Positions 28,301-40,032 of a DNA stretch of 64,000 nt are shown here, piece after piece. The notes below the pieces were generated by a model. It saw only the letters and a program-made list of their open reading frames with translations, searched no databases and was not told the origin of the DNA. The position numbers and the translations under genes were made by a program. Numbering within the stretch: position 1 is the stretch's first letter; the number at the start of each line of letters is the position of its first letter. The DNA comes from Prorocentrum cordatum. Taxonomy: Eukaryota. The stretch covers positions 248,001 through 312,000 of the forward strand of contig CAUYUJ010000225.1 of assembly GCA_963575745.1 (NCBI GenBank). The letters run 5' to 3'.

Positions 28301-30229
28301 AATCTGCGGGGGCGCCGAGCCGGGCGGGGGCACCGTCAGGGCCCCGGCCCGCGCCCTGCCTCCGCAAGCGCGCTCTTTCGGGGCGGCGGGGGAGAAGTCG
28401 GAGCGGGGGCGGGGCGGGGGGGGGGGGGGGGCGACAGGGAACGGGGAAGGAGGAGGAGGAGGAGGGAGGAGAGAGGAGGAGGAGGAGGAGGAGGAGGAAG
28501 GAGGAGGAGGAGGAGGAGAGAGGAGGAGGAGGAGGAGGAGGAGGGGTGGGGGGGAGACGGCGCGGGGGGGTGGGCGCAGAAGCCGCGTCGTGTCCTGGCC
28601 GAAGCCCTCTCGGGCCTGCGGGCAGGCCGCCCCTGCCGGCTGCTCGCGGCCGCCTTCGCGTGCCGGGGCGGCGGGCGCGTGCAGGACCACGGCGCACTGC
28701 AGGAGGGAGGAGCAGGAGCAGGAGGACCCAAGAAGGGAGTCGTGCGAAGCGAGCCCCCTCTGGGGGGCCCCGCGGGGCGGAGCGGCACCTCCTGTCAGAG
28801 GTGGCACGAGACCAGGTCGCTGAAGCCGCCCTGCTTGACCTGGAACGGCGCCCCACGCGCCCAGCGGCTCCCCCAAAGGAGCTCCCGCCCAAAGGGTAGG
28901 GGCAGCGGGGTACTGACCCTCCACGGGACGTGCTCAGCGTGCTCCCCGTTAGGAGCTCTCAGCGGTACTGTCCCTCTCCCGAGGCGCACTCCCGCAGGAG
29001 CGGCCAGCGCGCCCTCCACGAAGAGCCACTCCAGGCAGCCGAAGGCCGCCGCGGCTTCACAGCCCAGGGTCTGAGAACCACGCCAGCGCCGCCACCCGCA
29101 GCACGCAAGGAGGCTGATAGATAGATAGCTATATATATATAGACATAAATATAGAGATACATAGATCCAGAAATGTCTAGATATATAGGTAACTTTAGAT
29201 CGATGCACACACACATATAGATATATACATGTAAATATGTATGTATTGATATACATATATATATATAGATATATAGAGAGAGACAGATACATATATTCAT
29301 GCATATAGTTATATATACATATATGTATGTGTATATATATATATATATGTATATACCGATAGCTATATGTACATTTCGACATATATATATTTCGATATAT
29401 ATATAAATACATATTTCAATCCACATATAAATGTATAGATAGATACATATATATAGATATATATATATATATCTATATATATAGATATATAGATAGATAG
29501 ATCGATCGATAGATCTACAACCATATGTATATTCATATACACAAATTAGAACCATCGCGCGCGCTCAAGTTCTAGCTAGGCTTGATGGGCAAACATATGG
29601 AATATAATCCTTGTCGTTTCTTGCATCCAGGGACTCTCTTGGAGGCCCTGCGCAAGCCTCGGAATCGTATAGAAGAGGACTTGCGGAAACGCAGAAATCA
29701 TTAATCGCCTTTGGGTATTCAACGATTTGGGGCCCTCGAAGGCTTCCTGGGTTCTTATGTCGGGCCTGAATTGTGGTCTGTTGTGCAAGAGTAGATAGGG
29801 GGGGGGAACTTGGAGAATAAAAACGAATGGTGGGATGTTATTTCTTTTCAAGTTGTAGTGCCTGGGCTGTGGGTTTGACGTTTTCTGCATGCAGGCCACG
29901 GTCTGTTGGGATGCCTCTCGGGGTCTTGGTGCAAAAATAAGCAGGGGTGAGTTTGAAAAAAGGAGTTCTACAGTTCCAATGATTTAACTCATGGGATCAT
30001 GGGATCTCGATGTCCACAATGGCCCCAGGGGCAGCCAAGAGGACACGAAGACGATCCAAGAGTGCCAAGACAGCGTCAGCGAGTTCAACAGCATTCCTGA
30101 CACATTTTTGCATGTGACCCCGAAGTCTTGATGGGGTACGAGGAAGAGGATAGGGAGTAGGAGTCCCAACTTGAAAAAAAGGAGATCTCTGGAATTCCAT
30201 ATATTTGTTCTCGAAGTCCTCGGTCTTGG

Positions 30230-30890
30230 AGCGTTGGAAGCGGGAAAACGTGAGAAGGCGAAAAGCGTCGGCAAACACCACTGAAAATCAACGTTTTTAC
30301 CATCTTCGGGCTCTCTAGGGACGGCTCTCGAAGCACTCTTGGGCTGTTTTGGGGGCCTCGTCGGGGATTTTTGGGGCGCCTCGGGGTCTGGGGTGTGCTG
30401 GAGGCCTCTGGGGGGTCTCCGAGTCCTCCCAGAGGTCTCTGGGCGGCCTCCTGCTCCCGCTCTTGGGCTCACCTTGGGCCTATTCTGGGGTGGTCTGGGG
30501 CTGTCCGGGGCGCCTCTTCGGCAATCTTGGGGCCGTCTTGGCCCGTCTTGGGGCCGTCTTGGGGGCCTCTTGGGCGGTCTCGGGGCGCTCTTGGGGGCTT
30601 CGGCCGTCCTGGAGCGCTGGACGTATGAAATGGTGAGAAGGCCAAAAACCATGACACAAAAAACAATGAGCATTAACGATGTTAGGTTCTCTGGGCGCTC
30701 TCGGGATGCCTCTCGGAGCTCTCTGAAAGGTCCTTTGGAAGCCTCCTGGGAGCCTGGAGAACCGCCCGAAAGCTATCCTGGGTTGCTTGGGAGCGTCTTT
30801 GGCATTTCTTTGACGTTCTGAGGGCTTCTTGGGGTCGTCTTGGGTTGTCTTTGGGCATTGTGGGGGCTCCCCGGGAGGACGGAAAACGCG
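30230..30890. repeat. CCAAGAG/GGGGCC-rich dispersed repeat family (also ~2610-3240, 13690-14300, 47110-47350)
   Basis: Recurrent TCTTGGGGCC / GGCCCCAAGA motifs in both orientations. Confidence 0.6.
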
Positions 30891-31459
30891 GTGCCAGGAG
30901 CGTACAGAAGATGTGAGCGAGGTGGAGGACGCCCCGGGAAAGGGCCTGGCGTATTTGTTGATATTAGATTGTATTATGTGCTATATATACACACCGATAG
31001 GACCACCCTACGGGTGATGAGGAGGTTGGGGGGGAATGGGGGAGGCGGTCGATTTGCGATGCCTCTGGGTTCTTTGGTGGTTTCTTCAAGTTTCTATTGT
31101 CGCGCACATCTGCCCATTTATCTATCGACCTGGCTATCTAGTTATCGAGTTAGTCTATATATGTACATATATATACATGTCAATATGTCTATCGATCTAT
31201 ATATCTATATATATATATATATATATCTATCTGTCTGTCTATCTATCTATCTATATATAAATATATGTATATATCTATGTATAGATATATTGATCTATTT
31301 ATCTTTATATATCTACATATCTATCTATCTATATATATATATATATTTGTATCTATATATCTATCTATATATATATGCATCTATATATATATATATATCT
31401 ATATATCTATATATATGTATATATATCTATCTGTCTATCTATCTATCTATATCTATATA

Positions 31460-31497
<38 letters not shown>

Positions 31498-31547
31498 CCT
31501 ATCTATCTATCTGTCTATATATATATATATATATATCTGTGTGGGCA

Positions 31548-31766
31548 CCCATCGGGACAATCATCGGGACAACACCATCGGAACAACACAATTGGGACGA
31601 CCATCTGGACAACCATCGGGGCAACCATCGGGAAAACACCATCAGAACAACACCATCGGGACAACCATCGGGACAACCATCGGGACAACCATCGGGACAA
31701 TCATCGGGACAACCATCGGGACAACCATCGGGACAACCATCAAAACAACCATCGGGACAACCATGG
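31548..31766. repeat. 12-bp minisatellite (ACAACCATCGGG)n
   Basis: Direct reading. Confidence 0.9.
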
Positions 31767-33147
31767 GAGGCTGCGCCGGGCCGGGGGGGGGGAGCGGGCG
31801 ACCTTTTGGGCTCCATGTGGCCTCTACATCTGCAGGAACTCGCGCAGCTTCGCCTCGCCCGCACGCACGACGCGAACCGAAACCGAAACCGATTTCCCGG
31901 TTGGGGCCACTTCCGTTCCCACCCCCCCGACCTCCGACACACGATGCTGTGGAAGCCCGACCAGCCAAGCACCATGCGTTCAACTCCGTCAGCCTGGCCG
32001 AGGAGGGAAATCTGTGGAAGCCAGCGCAACGTCGGCTGCGGCGAGCTCCAGGGCGGCGGCGAAGTCCCGCGCCGCGACAGCAGTCCTGCCCGACGCCTCC
32101 CTTGCGCCTGTGGATCCTCAGCGTGGTCGCCGATGCGACGGCCACGGGATCCAAAAGCGACTTAAGGCGCTGCGCGGGGCAGCGGGGCGGCCCTCGGGGG
32201 CAGCCGAGGCCTCGGCGTTGCTTCGCCGCCGTCGTCTCCTCCATCATCTCCTCCACCCCTCGGAGGCCGCGCCGCCGCCACTCTCGGCCGAGCGCGGCCC
32301 CCGACGAATGCGCTATCATCAGCAGATCCACCTCCACGGCCGGCAGGAGGAACGGCTGCGGCTGCAGGAGCCCCCCGACGTTCCCCGAGACCTGGGGGAG
32401 CTGCGCCCTCATCGTCCTCCGCAGCGGCGCCCGACCCCGCGCCAAGCGGCTCCTGGGGCTCCACGCCAGGGACCCGCGGGGTGTCCTCCTCCGCCTCCGC
32501 GGGCCCCGGGGCGGGCGCGCGGGGGGAGGCTCCGCCGGCGCCTCGGCGCGCGGCGGCGCGGCGGCGAGAGTAGCTCCCGGCCGCGTGGGCTCGCAGCCGC
32601 GGTGGCACCCAGACTCCGCGATGGAGTCGTGGCTAGAAGGCGGAGGAGGAGGAGGAGGAGGAGGAGGAGGAGGAGGAGGAGGAGGAGGGACTGCGCCCTG
32701 CGCTCGGCCGCCGCGCGGCCGGGCCGCGCACGCCGCGGCGCAGCGGGGGGGGAGCCCGATCCCAGACAGCACGGCCCGCTGGGGAGGCGGCGGAGGCAGA
32801 GCGACGGAGCCCCGGTGGCGAAGGCTCGGATATGGGCGAGCGAAGGGCTCGCGCCAAGCTGGCGCTTGTGCGTGGAGGAGGAGGAGGAGGAGGAGGAGGA
32901 GGAGGAGGAGGAGGAGGAGGAGGAAGCCACTGGCTGAGGAGTGGGGGGGCCGCCGCTCCCGCCCGCCGCCGCGCAGGGGCCTCGTCGTCGCCCCCTCGCC
33001 GCCGCGGCGGCCTCCCCCCAACGGCCAGGGCTCAGGCGTGCCGCCCGAGCCGCAGGATAGCGGCCGCGGAGGCCGCGACATGCCACCGCCACGCCCAAGG
33101 AGGGCGCGTGGCACAGGAAGGAGCGAAAGCGGCGAGCACAGGCTCGC

Positions 33148-33180
33148 CTTCTCGTTCGCCTCGCAGCGGCGCAGGAGCTG
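33148..33180 (-). CDS. Candidate micro-exon just left of the large LINE
   Basis: cag|QLLRRCEANEK|GCGAG. Further candidate exons lie at ~32210-32452, ~32000-32107 and 31824-31853 ([13 protein letters not shown]). Confidence 0.3.
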
Positions 33181-33351
33181 CTGGCCAGCCACCACTCAGC
33201 TCAGCAGCCCCAGCAGCAGCACCAGCGCAGGCGCAGCAGCAGCGAGATAGCTACGAAGGCGCAGCAGCAGCACCAGCGCAGGCGCAGCAGCAGCACCAGC
33301 GCCAGCAGAGACTGGAATGGAGACATCGGAGCCATCGGAGGGCGACCCTGG

Positions 33352-36300
33352 GTGTGGGCCCGCGATGACAGCCAGCACTACCAGCGCCAGCACAACGGAT
33401 ACCAGCAGTACAACGCACAGAGGCAGCAGCACAGCCAGCAGCAGCAGCAGCAGCCCCGCTCCCACAAGCACCAACAACAGCCAGCCCAGTACCAGCACCA
33501 GCAAAAGCATCCACAGCACCAGCAGCGAAGCGACAGCGCCCAGCACTGGAAGGACAGTGCGCCATGGAGGAGCACCTCAGCCAGAAGGAGGAGCAGCAGG
33601 CGCAGAAAGAAGGACCAGCAGGACACAGCTGCAGCCCACATCGGCAATTTCCAGTACACCATGCAGCAGAAGGCAGTCCTGGACAGCATCACGCCTGTCT
33701 CCTTCGCCGTGGCGATGGAGCACGAGAGCTGGTCCGCACCACCCGACGACGAAGAGATGCGCCACGTGTGGTACAAGACGAAGTGCCACAGGCTGGGCCG
33801 CCTCGCCGAGAACATTGCTGGCGCCAGGCTGGCGGGCTTGTGCACGTCGAGCCTCGAGCAGGAAGCAGCGACCACCGCCACGAACATATCCTTCGTCCTG
33901 CCACACAAAGAGCGCAAGAAGCAGCTCAGGGCCACGCTGGAAAAGCTGGAGGAGGAGCACACCGAGATGGAGAAGCGGCTCAACATGATGCTCGACCAAG
34001 AGGCCGCGGCCGCCAGAACCATCAAGGTCTACAAGACCCTGTTGAGGGAAACCAGAGACCAATGGCCAAGGCAGCGGGTGTGAAGGAGGAATCGCCGGAG
34101 GAGGAGAGGTGCGAGGACCGCACCAGAGGACGCACGCCACACCCAGCTGCGAGGAGGAAGCGCGAAGCAGCTGCAGCACCAGATGCACCAGCCCCAGCAC
34201 GGCATGAAGCACGACGTAATGGTGGCAAAGACGGAGAGGAGCAAAGCTCTGGAGTACAAGATAGGATATCGGCAGGAAGAACCAGCGCCGACAACAAGGA
34301 CGAGATCAAAGACGCCATCAGGAAGCTAACCGAGAGGCTAGACTTGCAGCAGAGAAGAGAACAGCAGCAAAGAGACTTGCTGGAGCAGGCGGAGCTGAAG
34401 CACAAGAGCGAGATGAAGGCCTGCGAGCAGAACATGACGCAAAAAGATGATACGCACGACAGAAGTCCAGCTGGCCAAGCAGCAGGAGTGGCACACATGG
34501 GAGGTCAACGCGCTCAAGAGGCACCACAACGCCAAGCTAGAAGAAGAGGAAACGAAACCATATGAGGCACAGAGAGGCAGCCAGAGGACACAGGAGGAGA
34601 GGGCCAAAGGGATGCTCGTGGACTTGCAAAGGCACCTCGAGTTGGAGAAGAAGATGTTACACGAGGAGATGCACAAGGAGGACCAGAGAAGAGCAGCCAT
34701 CTACACGCAGCAGGTCGAGAAGGCCAGGCAGGAGGAGCAGGCGGTGCGACAGATGGCGGCTCAGGAGGCCCAATGGCACAATATGTCGCAGGAGCATAAT
34801 GAAAAGGCGTTGCAGGAGATGGCGGAGGCGGAGTACCAGGAGCGATGCGCTCGGCGCAGCGCTCACAAGGAAGAGGAGTTGCAGATCGCTGTGGCTTACC
34901 AACATTTGGCCTACGAGCACCAGGAAGAGGCCAACAAGCGCGAAGCGATGCGGGTCATCCTGAACCTGGAGCACTCGGCCATCCAGGCGAAGGCACACGA
35001 GATGCAGTACGAGCAGGAAAAGTACTTGGAGCGCGTCGGGGAGCACCAGGAGGCGGAGGACAAAGCCAAAAGGATGGAGGAGGCGGCACTGCAGCGCCAA
35101 GCAGCAGCCACGAGCGAGCTCCAGGCAATACAACCAGCAGAAGTTGGAGAGCCACGCGACTCAGCAGTACCACAGCACTCTGCAGCACGAGCACCAGCAG
35201 GAGATACAGGCCGCGATGCGGCACCATGCCCACATCCAGCACATGAACGACATACACAGGCAGCAGCAACTACAAGACCTCCAACGCGAGCATGATCGGC
35301 AGACTGCAGGACTCCAGAATGCTCTACGGGACGCCTGGGGTGCAGGAGGACGGGTGGATGAGGAACTGCTAGTCGACATGACGGACGACCTCATGGTGGA
35401 TACAGCCACGACTGAGCGTGACCAAGTCATGGCGGAGCAAGAGGACAAGTACCAGAGAGAGCAACTCGAGGCAGACCTACGCCGGCTCCTACCTGGTCAG
35501 TACGAGTCCCCACATCCCGAGCTACCGTCGTACCTCGAGGAGCTGGCCATGGTGGGATCAGGAGAGAAGTCACATACATCTTCGAGGCCAACGCCTGAAG
35601 AGTCGAGCACCTCGCTGTTCGGCGACTTCATTTTTCAGGACCTGAGTTTCGCGACGAGGCCGCCTGCCGAAGAGCTCCCGACGCCGCCGCAGCCACCACA
35701 GCTGCGCCCGCCCTTCGAGGAGCACGCCAGCGTCGACCCATTCCGCCACCTGACCGACCTGGGGCTGGGTGAAGAAGAGAGGGTCACCACCGTGGAGGCT
35801 AGGGAAGAGGGGCTGCTCGACATGAGGGCAAACAGTGACTGCATCCCGATCGGCGAATCCGACGACGCTGACCTGCAGGAGGAAGAACCGAAGATGGGTC
35901 AAGACCTGCGTGAGGAGAAGGAGGACGAAGCTCCGACGGACCTAGCCTCACTCTCACCAACGATAGCAGCCGACTCGCCCATACCGACGGAGCAGCCCAC
36001 GCCGAGGCCCAGCATTTTCCCACCCGTCACGCCCTTCACGCCAAACAAGAGGCCGCAACAGCAGCTACAGCCAGCCCAAACACCCATGACGACCCTGTTC
36101 ATCGACCTCAGCCGCGACGAAGAGGCCTGTCCCAGCACTCCTCCACGCCTGCCGATAGAGGACATCACGCCCACCGTGCCACACGAGCCACGGCTGCCAC
36201 CTCCGCGCTTCCACATGGGCACACCAGAGAGGACGAGCTCAGCACCACCTCACAGAGGCAATCTGAAGCAACCAAGAGAGCCCAGGAGAGCGAGGAGCCA

Positions 36301-36421
36301 GCCTAAAAAGGTCAGGATCTGCGACGCGGACGACGGCTTCGCGGACCCAGGTGACAGAGTGGCATCCTTCATCGAGAGCGGCGAGAGCGACCTCGACGGG
36401 GGTCGATGGTCAAAAAACTGA
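33352..36421 (+). pseudogene. ORF1 of the LINE: ~1000 aa Gln/Glu-rich coiled-coil protein broken by about three frameshifts
   Basis: Overlapping ORFs 33352-34083, 33564-34565, 34447-35295 and 35144-36421 each contain one protein-like, heptad-rich stretch (LRATLEKLEEEHTEMEKRLNMML; IKDAIRKLTERLDLQQRREQQQ; LQRHLELEKKMLHEEMHKE) that hands over to the next frame. Confidence 0.65.
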
Positions 36422-37407
36422 GAGGGAGCACGCAGGCTGGGGGGCAACTGGCCCAGACCTGCGTCCAGCCAACCACACCAGAAGACCACGGGGATAGGAG
36501 GCCCAGACTCAGAGACCCGTGCGGTGACGAGCCTACGCCCAGCCCCTCCCGCACACGGCCCCTGGCCGGCCGCGCACAATCGCACTTAGCCTCCATCACA
36601 CTACATAGCTACGCCCAAGCCGATGCGAGCCTTGGGGACGCCGCATCCGCTTCAGACCACCAGCGCTCCACTAGGGAGCCCCGACCCAAAAGACGCAGCA
36701 GACGAACCATCTGCACTACCAGCTCTCTAGACGCCGCAACTGTGGGCAAGGGTGGGGACCACCCACAGGAGGGCGACGCCAAGCATGAGCGATCCAAGCG
36801 CGGACCTGAGCGACTCCCTCAGGCCGCGACGCGTGGTCTACCTGGAGGCTCCCAGGCTGACAGGGCACACTCTGACAACCAGCACTACGGCGGGACGAGG
36901 CTGCAACAAGAGTGGGAGAGCTACTCGGGCAGCCAGCCACACTACCAGCAGCATGGACCAAGGCGACACCCCTCGGCCATGCCAGTGCCAACGTCCTACT
37001 CCGCGGGAGCTGCGGCGGCCCGTGCGGCGCCGCAACCCAGGCTGCACAGCCACGCGAAGGCGGACCCAGGCAGCAGGTCGAGACTACCAGAGACACCACC
37101 TCTGGAGGTCTCCCAGCGCCGGGCCCTCTTTGAGCACCCGACACTTGCAGCCGACGGAGCCTGGCCCGCGCGCCAACCTCCCACTGCCAGCCACTTTGGC
37201 CCGCATGAGGACTGCAAGACAAGCAGAAAGACCCCAAGGGGGCTGGCTAGTCCACCTGTGACAGCCAAATTCAATGCACATACGACGGCACCACGAAGCA
37301 CCGCTTGCGAACGACAGCTTCAGCATGGACCAATCCGAGCCGACGAGCTTGAGCAGATCCAAGACACATACCTTGATAGCTACGACAGCAGCCCAGCACC
37401 AACATAA
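36406..37407 (+). pseudogene. N-terminal low-complexity part of LINE ORF2
   Basis: ATG 36406 overlaps the ORF1 end. It is in the same frame as ORF 37489-40032 and separated from it only by a single TAA (37405-37407) followed by open codons. Confidence 0.5.
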
Positions 37408-37488
37408 TCGCACCTCAACGACGCCACAGCGGCAGCAGCAGCAAGGAGAGCGGCGAAGCGCAGAAGGTTACGCAGACAGCTACCCAGG

Positions 37489-40032
37489 ATGGAGACTATT
37501 TCAGGCCGCGGTGCGATCTCGACAAAAAACTCTTTCGACGCACTTGCCGACAACATCAGCAGCGACGACGATGTACTGCCAGATAGTACTCAGCCTTACG
37601 AATCTGCACATCCAGCAGAGCAAAACTGCGACACGCTTGGCCACCGTGCCATTGTACCGACCAGCAACACTGACCACCCGCCAGCGGCCCCGACTACCCC
37701 CCAGGCCATGGACGGCACTATGGGGTGCCCGAGTCGGGACCACAGCGGCAGCCGTACGAGTATGCGTACTACTTGGAGACCAACGCCTCGGCCCTCACCA
37801 GCAGAGCATACTCAATACGCAGTCGAGCCCAAACAGCACAACACATCGACCAGGACCTGTCTACGTTGGCGCGTCAGCGCGGGGTTGCCTCACACTGCAA
37901 GGCCGCCGACGGGCGGACCTGCTCTCCCCGAGCAGCTGCGGGATGACTCCCCCTTGCAGGTGCGAAGGCGCGAGGGCATGCCTCCGACGGGAGGGTGGTC
38001 GAAGCCTTGCTCTCGTGCCAGCGAGCACCGAGCAGCGCCAATACCACCACCGGCTCCAGTCATGTCCCCCACACACAGCCCACCGCGAGCAGTTAAGCGC
38101 AGGCAGCGGCTACCCGAGATAGCAGCTGGCCCGAAGTACGACACGACCGCCACAGGACAGGCCGACGCCCCTGACGGCAAACCTCATCGTCTACGTGACA
38201 GCATGCTCCATGCCCAATCACACGAGCCCCTGTTCAGTCAGGCCGTGCGGGCTGGATCGGACAACTTGAACTTCGATGAGGTGTGCTGCCAAACATCACC
38301 GACTCCTCGGGGGAGGAGCGCGACGCGGGCGGCCCCCGCACCCTGCATTCCAGCTGACCACGTGGAGCCCGAGCAGCCACTTCCAGCTTGCACTACGAAC
38401 CCCAGACAACATCAGCAGCCCCAGAAAGACGTACAACCTCGACGCGCAATACTGCCCTTTAAGTGCTACCACGGCACTCACGGCTACCCGACTGGACTGC
38501 ACCAGTTCACCCCCGCACCACACAGCCGAACAACCACAGCAATGCACCCCTTCCGCATCCCACCCAAGCGCAGCGTAACTGCGGACAGAACCCAAGACAA
38601 CCGCTGCACCAACGATGAGTGTGACCACAGCGACGACTACCTGCGATGCGAGCGCAGGAGGCGACGCCGAAGAAGAACCAGACCAGCAACACACGGACGA
38701 ACGCACGATACCGAACTGCGCAGCAGCAGCATCCAACGACGCTATGCCAATATTGGAACACCACAGTTCCTACCGAGACAGTTCCAACAACACGTCCAGA
38801 AGCTGACATGGCACCACGACCTCGAGGACCACGACCTGCACGAGCACACCAGGCTGGCGGTGAGGCAACTCGCGCCCCCGAGACCCTCGGCGTCTGTGAA
38901 GCGGCACTACTACTTCACCGACGCTTCCTACCACGCTAAGGCGCCAGGCACATCGGCATGGGCGGTGGTGCACCTGAGGGAAGACGACCAGGGCATTGCC
39001 TACTACAGACACATGTACTCCAACCACGCCCTGTCAGTCAGCGAGGAAATGGCCAACAACATCACTTCCAGTACTAGCCCCGAACTGGGAGCGGTGCTCT
39101 GGGCTGGTATAGCATGTATCCAGGAGGACGACGAGCATGATATCGTCATCATCGGCGACAACACCGCAGCCCTTGGCGCAGCAGCTGGAACATCGAGGAT
39201 CATATCGAGTAGGAACCGCCCACTCGCGAGGTTCACACGTATACTATTCCAGCAGCTCCAACTCACCAAGGTCATCAGCTTCGAACATACACATGCTCAC
39301 CGAAACGCACCCTGGAACGAAGCAGCAGATATTTTGTCAAAATATGCGGCACTCCAACCAGCGCCACCACCGCCCGCGGAAGAACTAGTTAACATGGTAC
39401 GGTACAACAGCGCGCTCGAATGGGCCTGGATGGATAACCCAGCCTGCAGGGACTTACATGCGTATCCAACCTGGACGCACGGACAGCTCGAGGAGCATGT
39501 CGCACCTCAGACGGCGGAAGCAGACCATATCCCCGACCTCACCGTGGACAGCTACAACAAGGGCACACTGAAGCTCAACATCGCGCAGTACAACGCCCAG
39601 TCCATGGTAGGCGACTTTGCCTCCACAGACCTGCGCCTGGACATATCCAGCAAAGGGGCTCTGGTCAGAGCCCAACTCCTGGACCTGAAGGTACACGTCG
39701 CCGGGCTGCAGGAGACACGCTGTAAAGAGGCCATATGGACTGGACAAGGATTTATCAACATTCAGAGCGACGCGCAGGACGGCAACTGGGGATGCGCACT
39801 GCTACTCAACGTGGAGATCCCGTACGGACAGCTCACAGGGAAAGACCTGTACTTCAAGAAGGACATCAGTGGGTGGTGGGAACACTTCAGAGCTGTGCGA
39901 CACATGGAAGCCAGAGATCCTACTCATCGGCGCGAACGCCAAACTAGGACACAAAGATGGAGAGGACTCGCTGTGGCTGGGTCAGAAGGGTCCAAATCAG
40001 CTGGCCGACAAGAACGGCCACGAACTCCATGA
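37489..40032 (+). CDS. LINE ORF2 part 1: low-complexity region, RNase HI domain (~38905-39350) and N-terminal half of APE endonuclease (~39570-39890); frameshifts into the next ORF near 39890
   Basis: RNase H motifs YFTDAS...PELGAV...IIGDNTAAL...HAH...WNEAADILSK (D-E-D-H-D). APE motifs NIAQYNAQS...AGLQETR...GCALL. Confidence 0.85.
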   Translation: METISGRGAISTKNSFDALADNISSDDDVLPDSTQPYESAHPAEQNCDTLGHRAIVPTSNTDHPPAAPTTPQAMDGTMGCPSRDHSGSRTSMRTTWRPTPRPSPAEHTQYAVEPKQHNTSTRTCLRWRVSAGLPHTARPPTGGPALPEQLRDDSPLQVRRREGMPPTGGWSKPCSRASEHRAAPIPPPAPVMSPTHSPPRAVKRRQRLPEIAAGPKYDTTATGQADAPDGKPHRLRDSMLHAQSHEPLFSQAVRAGSDNLNFDEVCCQTSPTPRGRSATRAAPAPCIPADHVEPEQPLPACTTNPRQHQQPQKDVQPRRAILPFKCYHGTHGYPTGLHQFTPAPHSRTTTAMHPFRIPPKRSVTADRTQDNRCTNDECDHSDDYLRCERRRRRRRRTRPATHGRTHDTELRSSSIQRRYANIGTPQFLPRQFQQHVQKLTWHHDLEDHDLHEHTRLAVRQLAPPRPSASVKRHYYFTDASYHAKAPGTSAWAVVHLREDDQGIAYYRHMYSNHALSVSEEMANNITSSTSPELGAVLWAGIACIQEDDEHDIVIIGDNTAALGAAAGTSRIISSRNRPLARFTRILFQQLQLTKVISFEHTHAHRNAPWNEAADILSKYAALQPAPPPPAEELVNMVRYNSALEWAWMDNPACRDLHAYPTWTHGQLEEHVAPQTAEADHIPDLTVDSYNKGTLKLNIAQYNAQSMVGDFASTDLRLDISSKGALVRAQLLDLKVHVAGLQETRCKEAIWTGQGFINIQSDAQDGNWGCALLLNVEIPYGQLTGKDLYFKKDISGWWEHFRAVRHMEARDPTHRRERQTRTQRWRGLAVAGSEGSKSAGRQERPRTP

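Noticed and set aside
29570..30200. Lower-GC segment possibly coding (similar segments at 26200-26830, 27540-27960 and 59480-60280)
   Set aside because: No sustained reading frame or recognisable motif; probably decayed TE fragments.
33185..33205. Possible spliced-leader relic at the 5' end of the large LINE (..ACCACTCAGCTCAG)
   Set aside because: Similarity to DinoSL is too weak to call.
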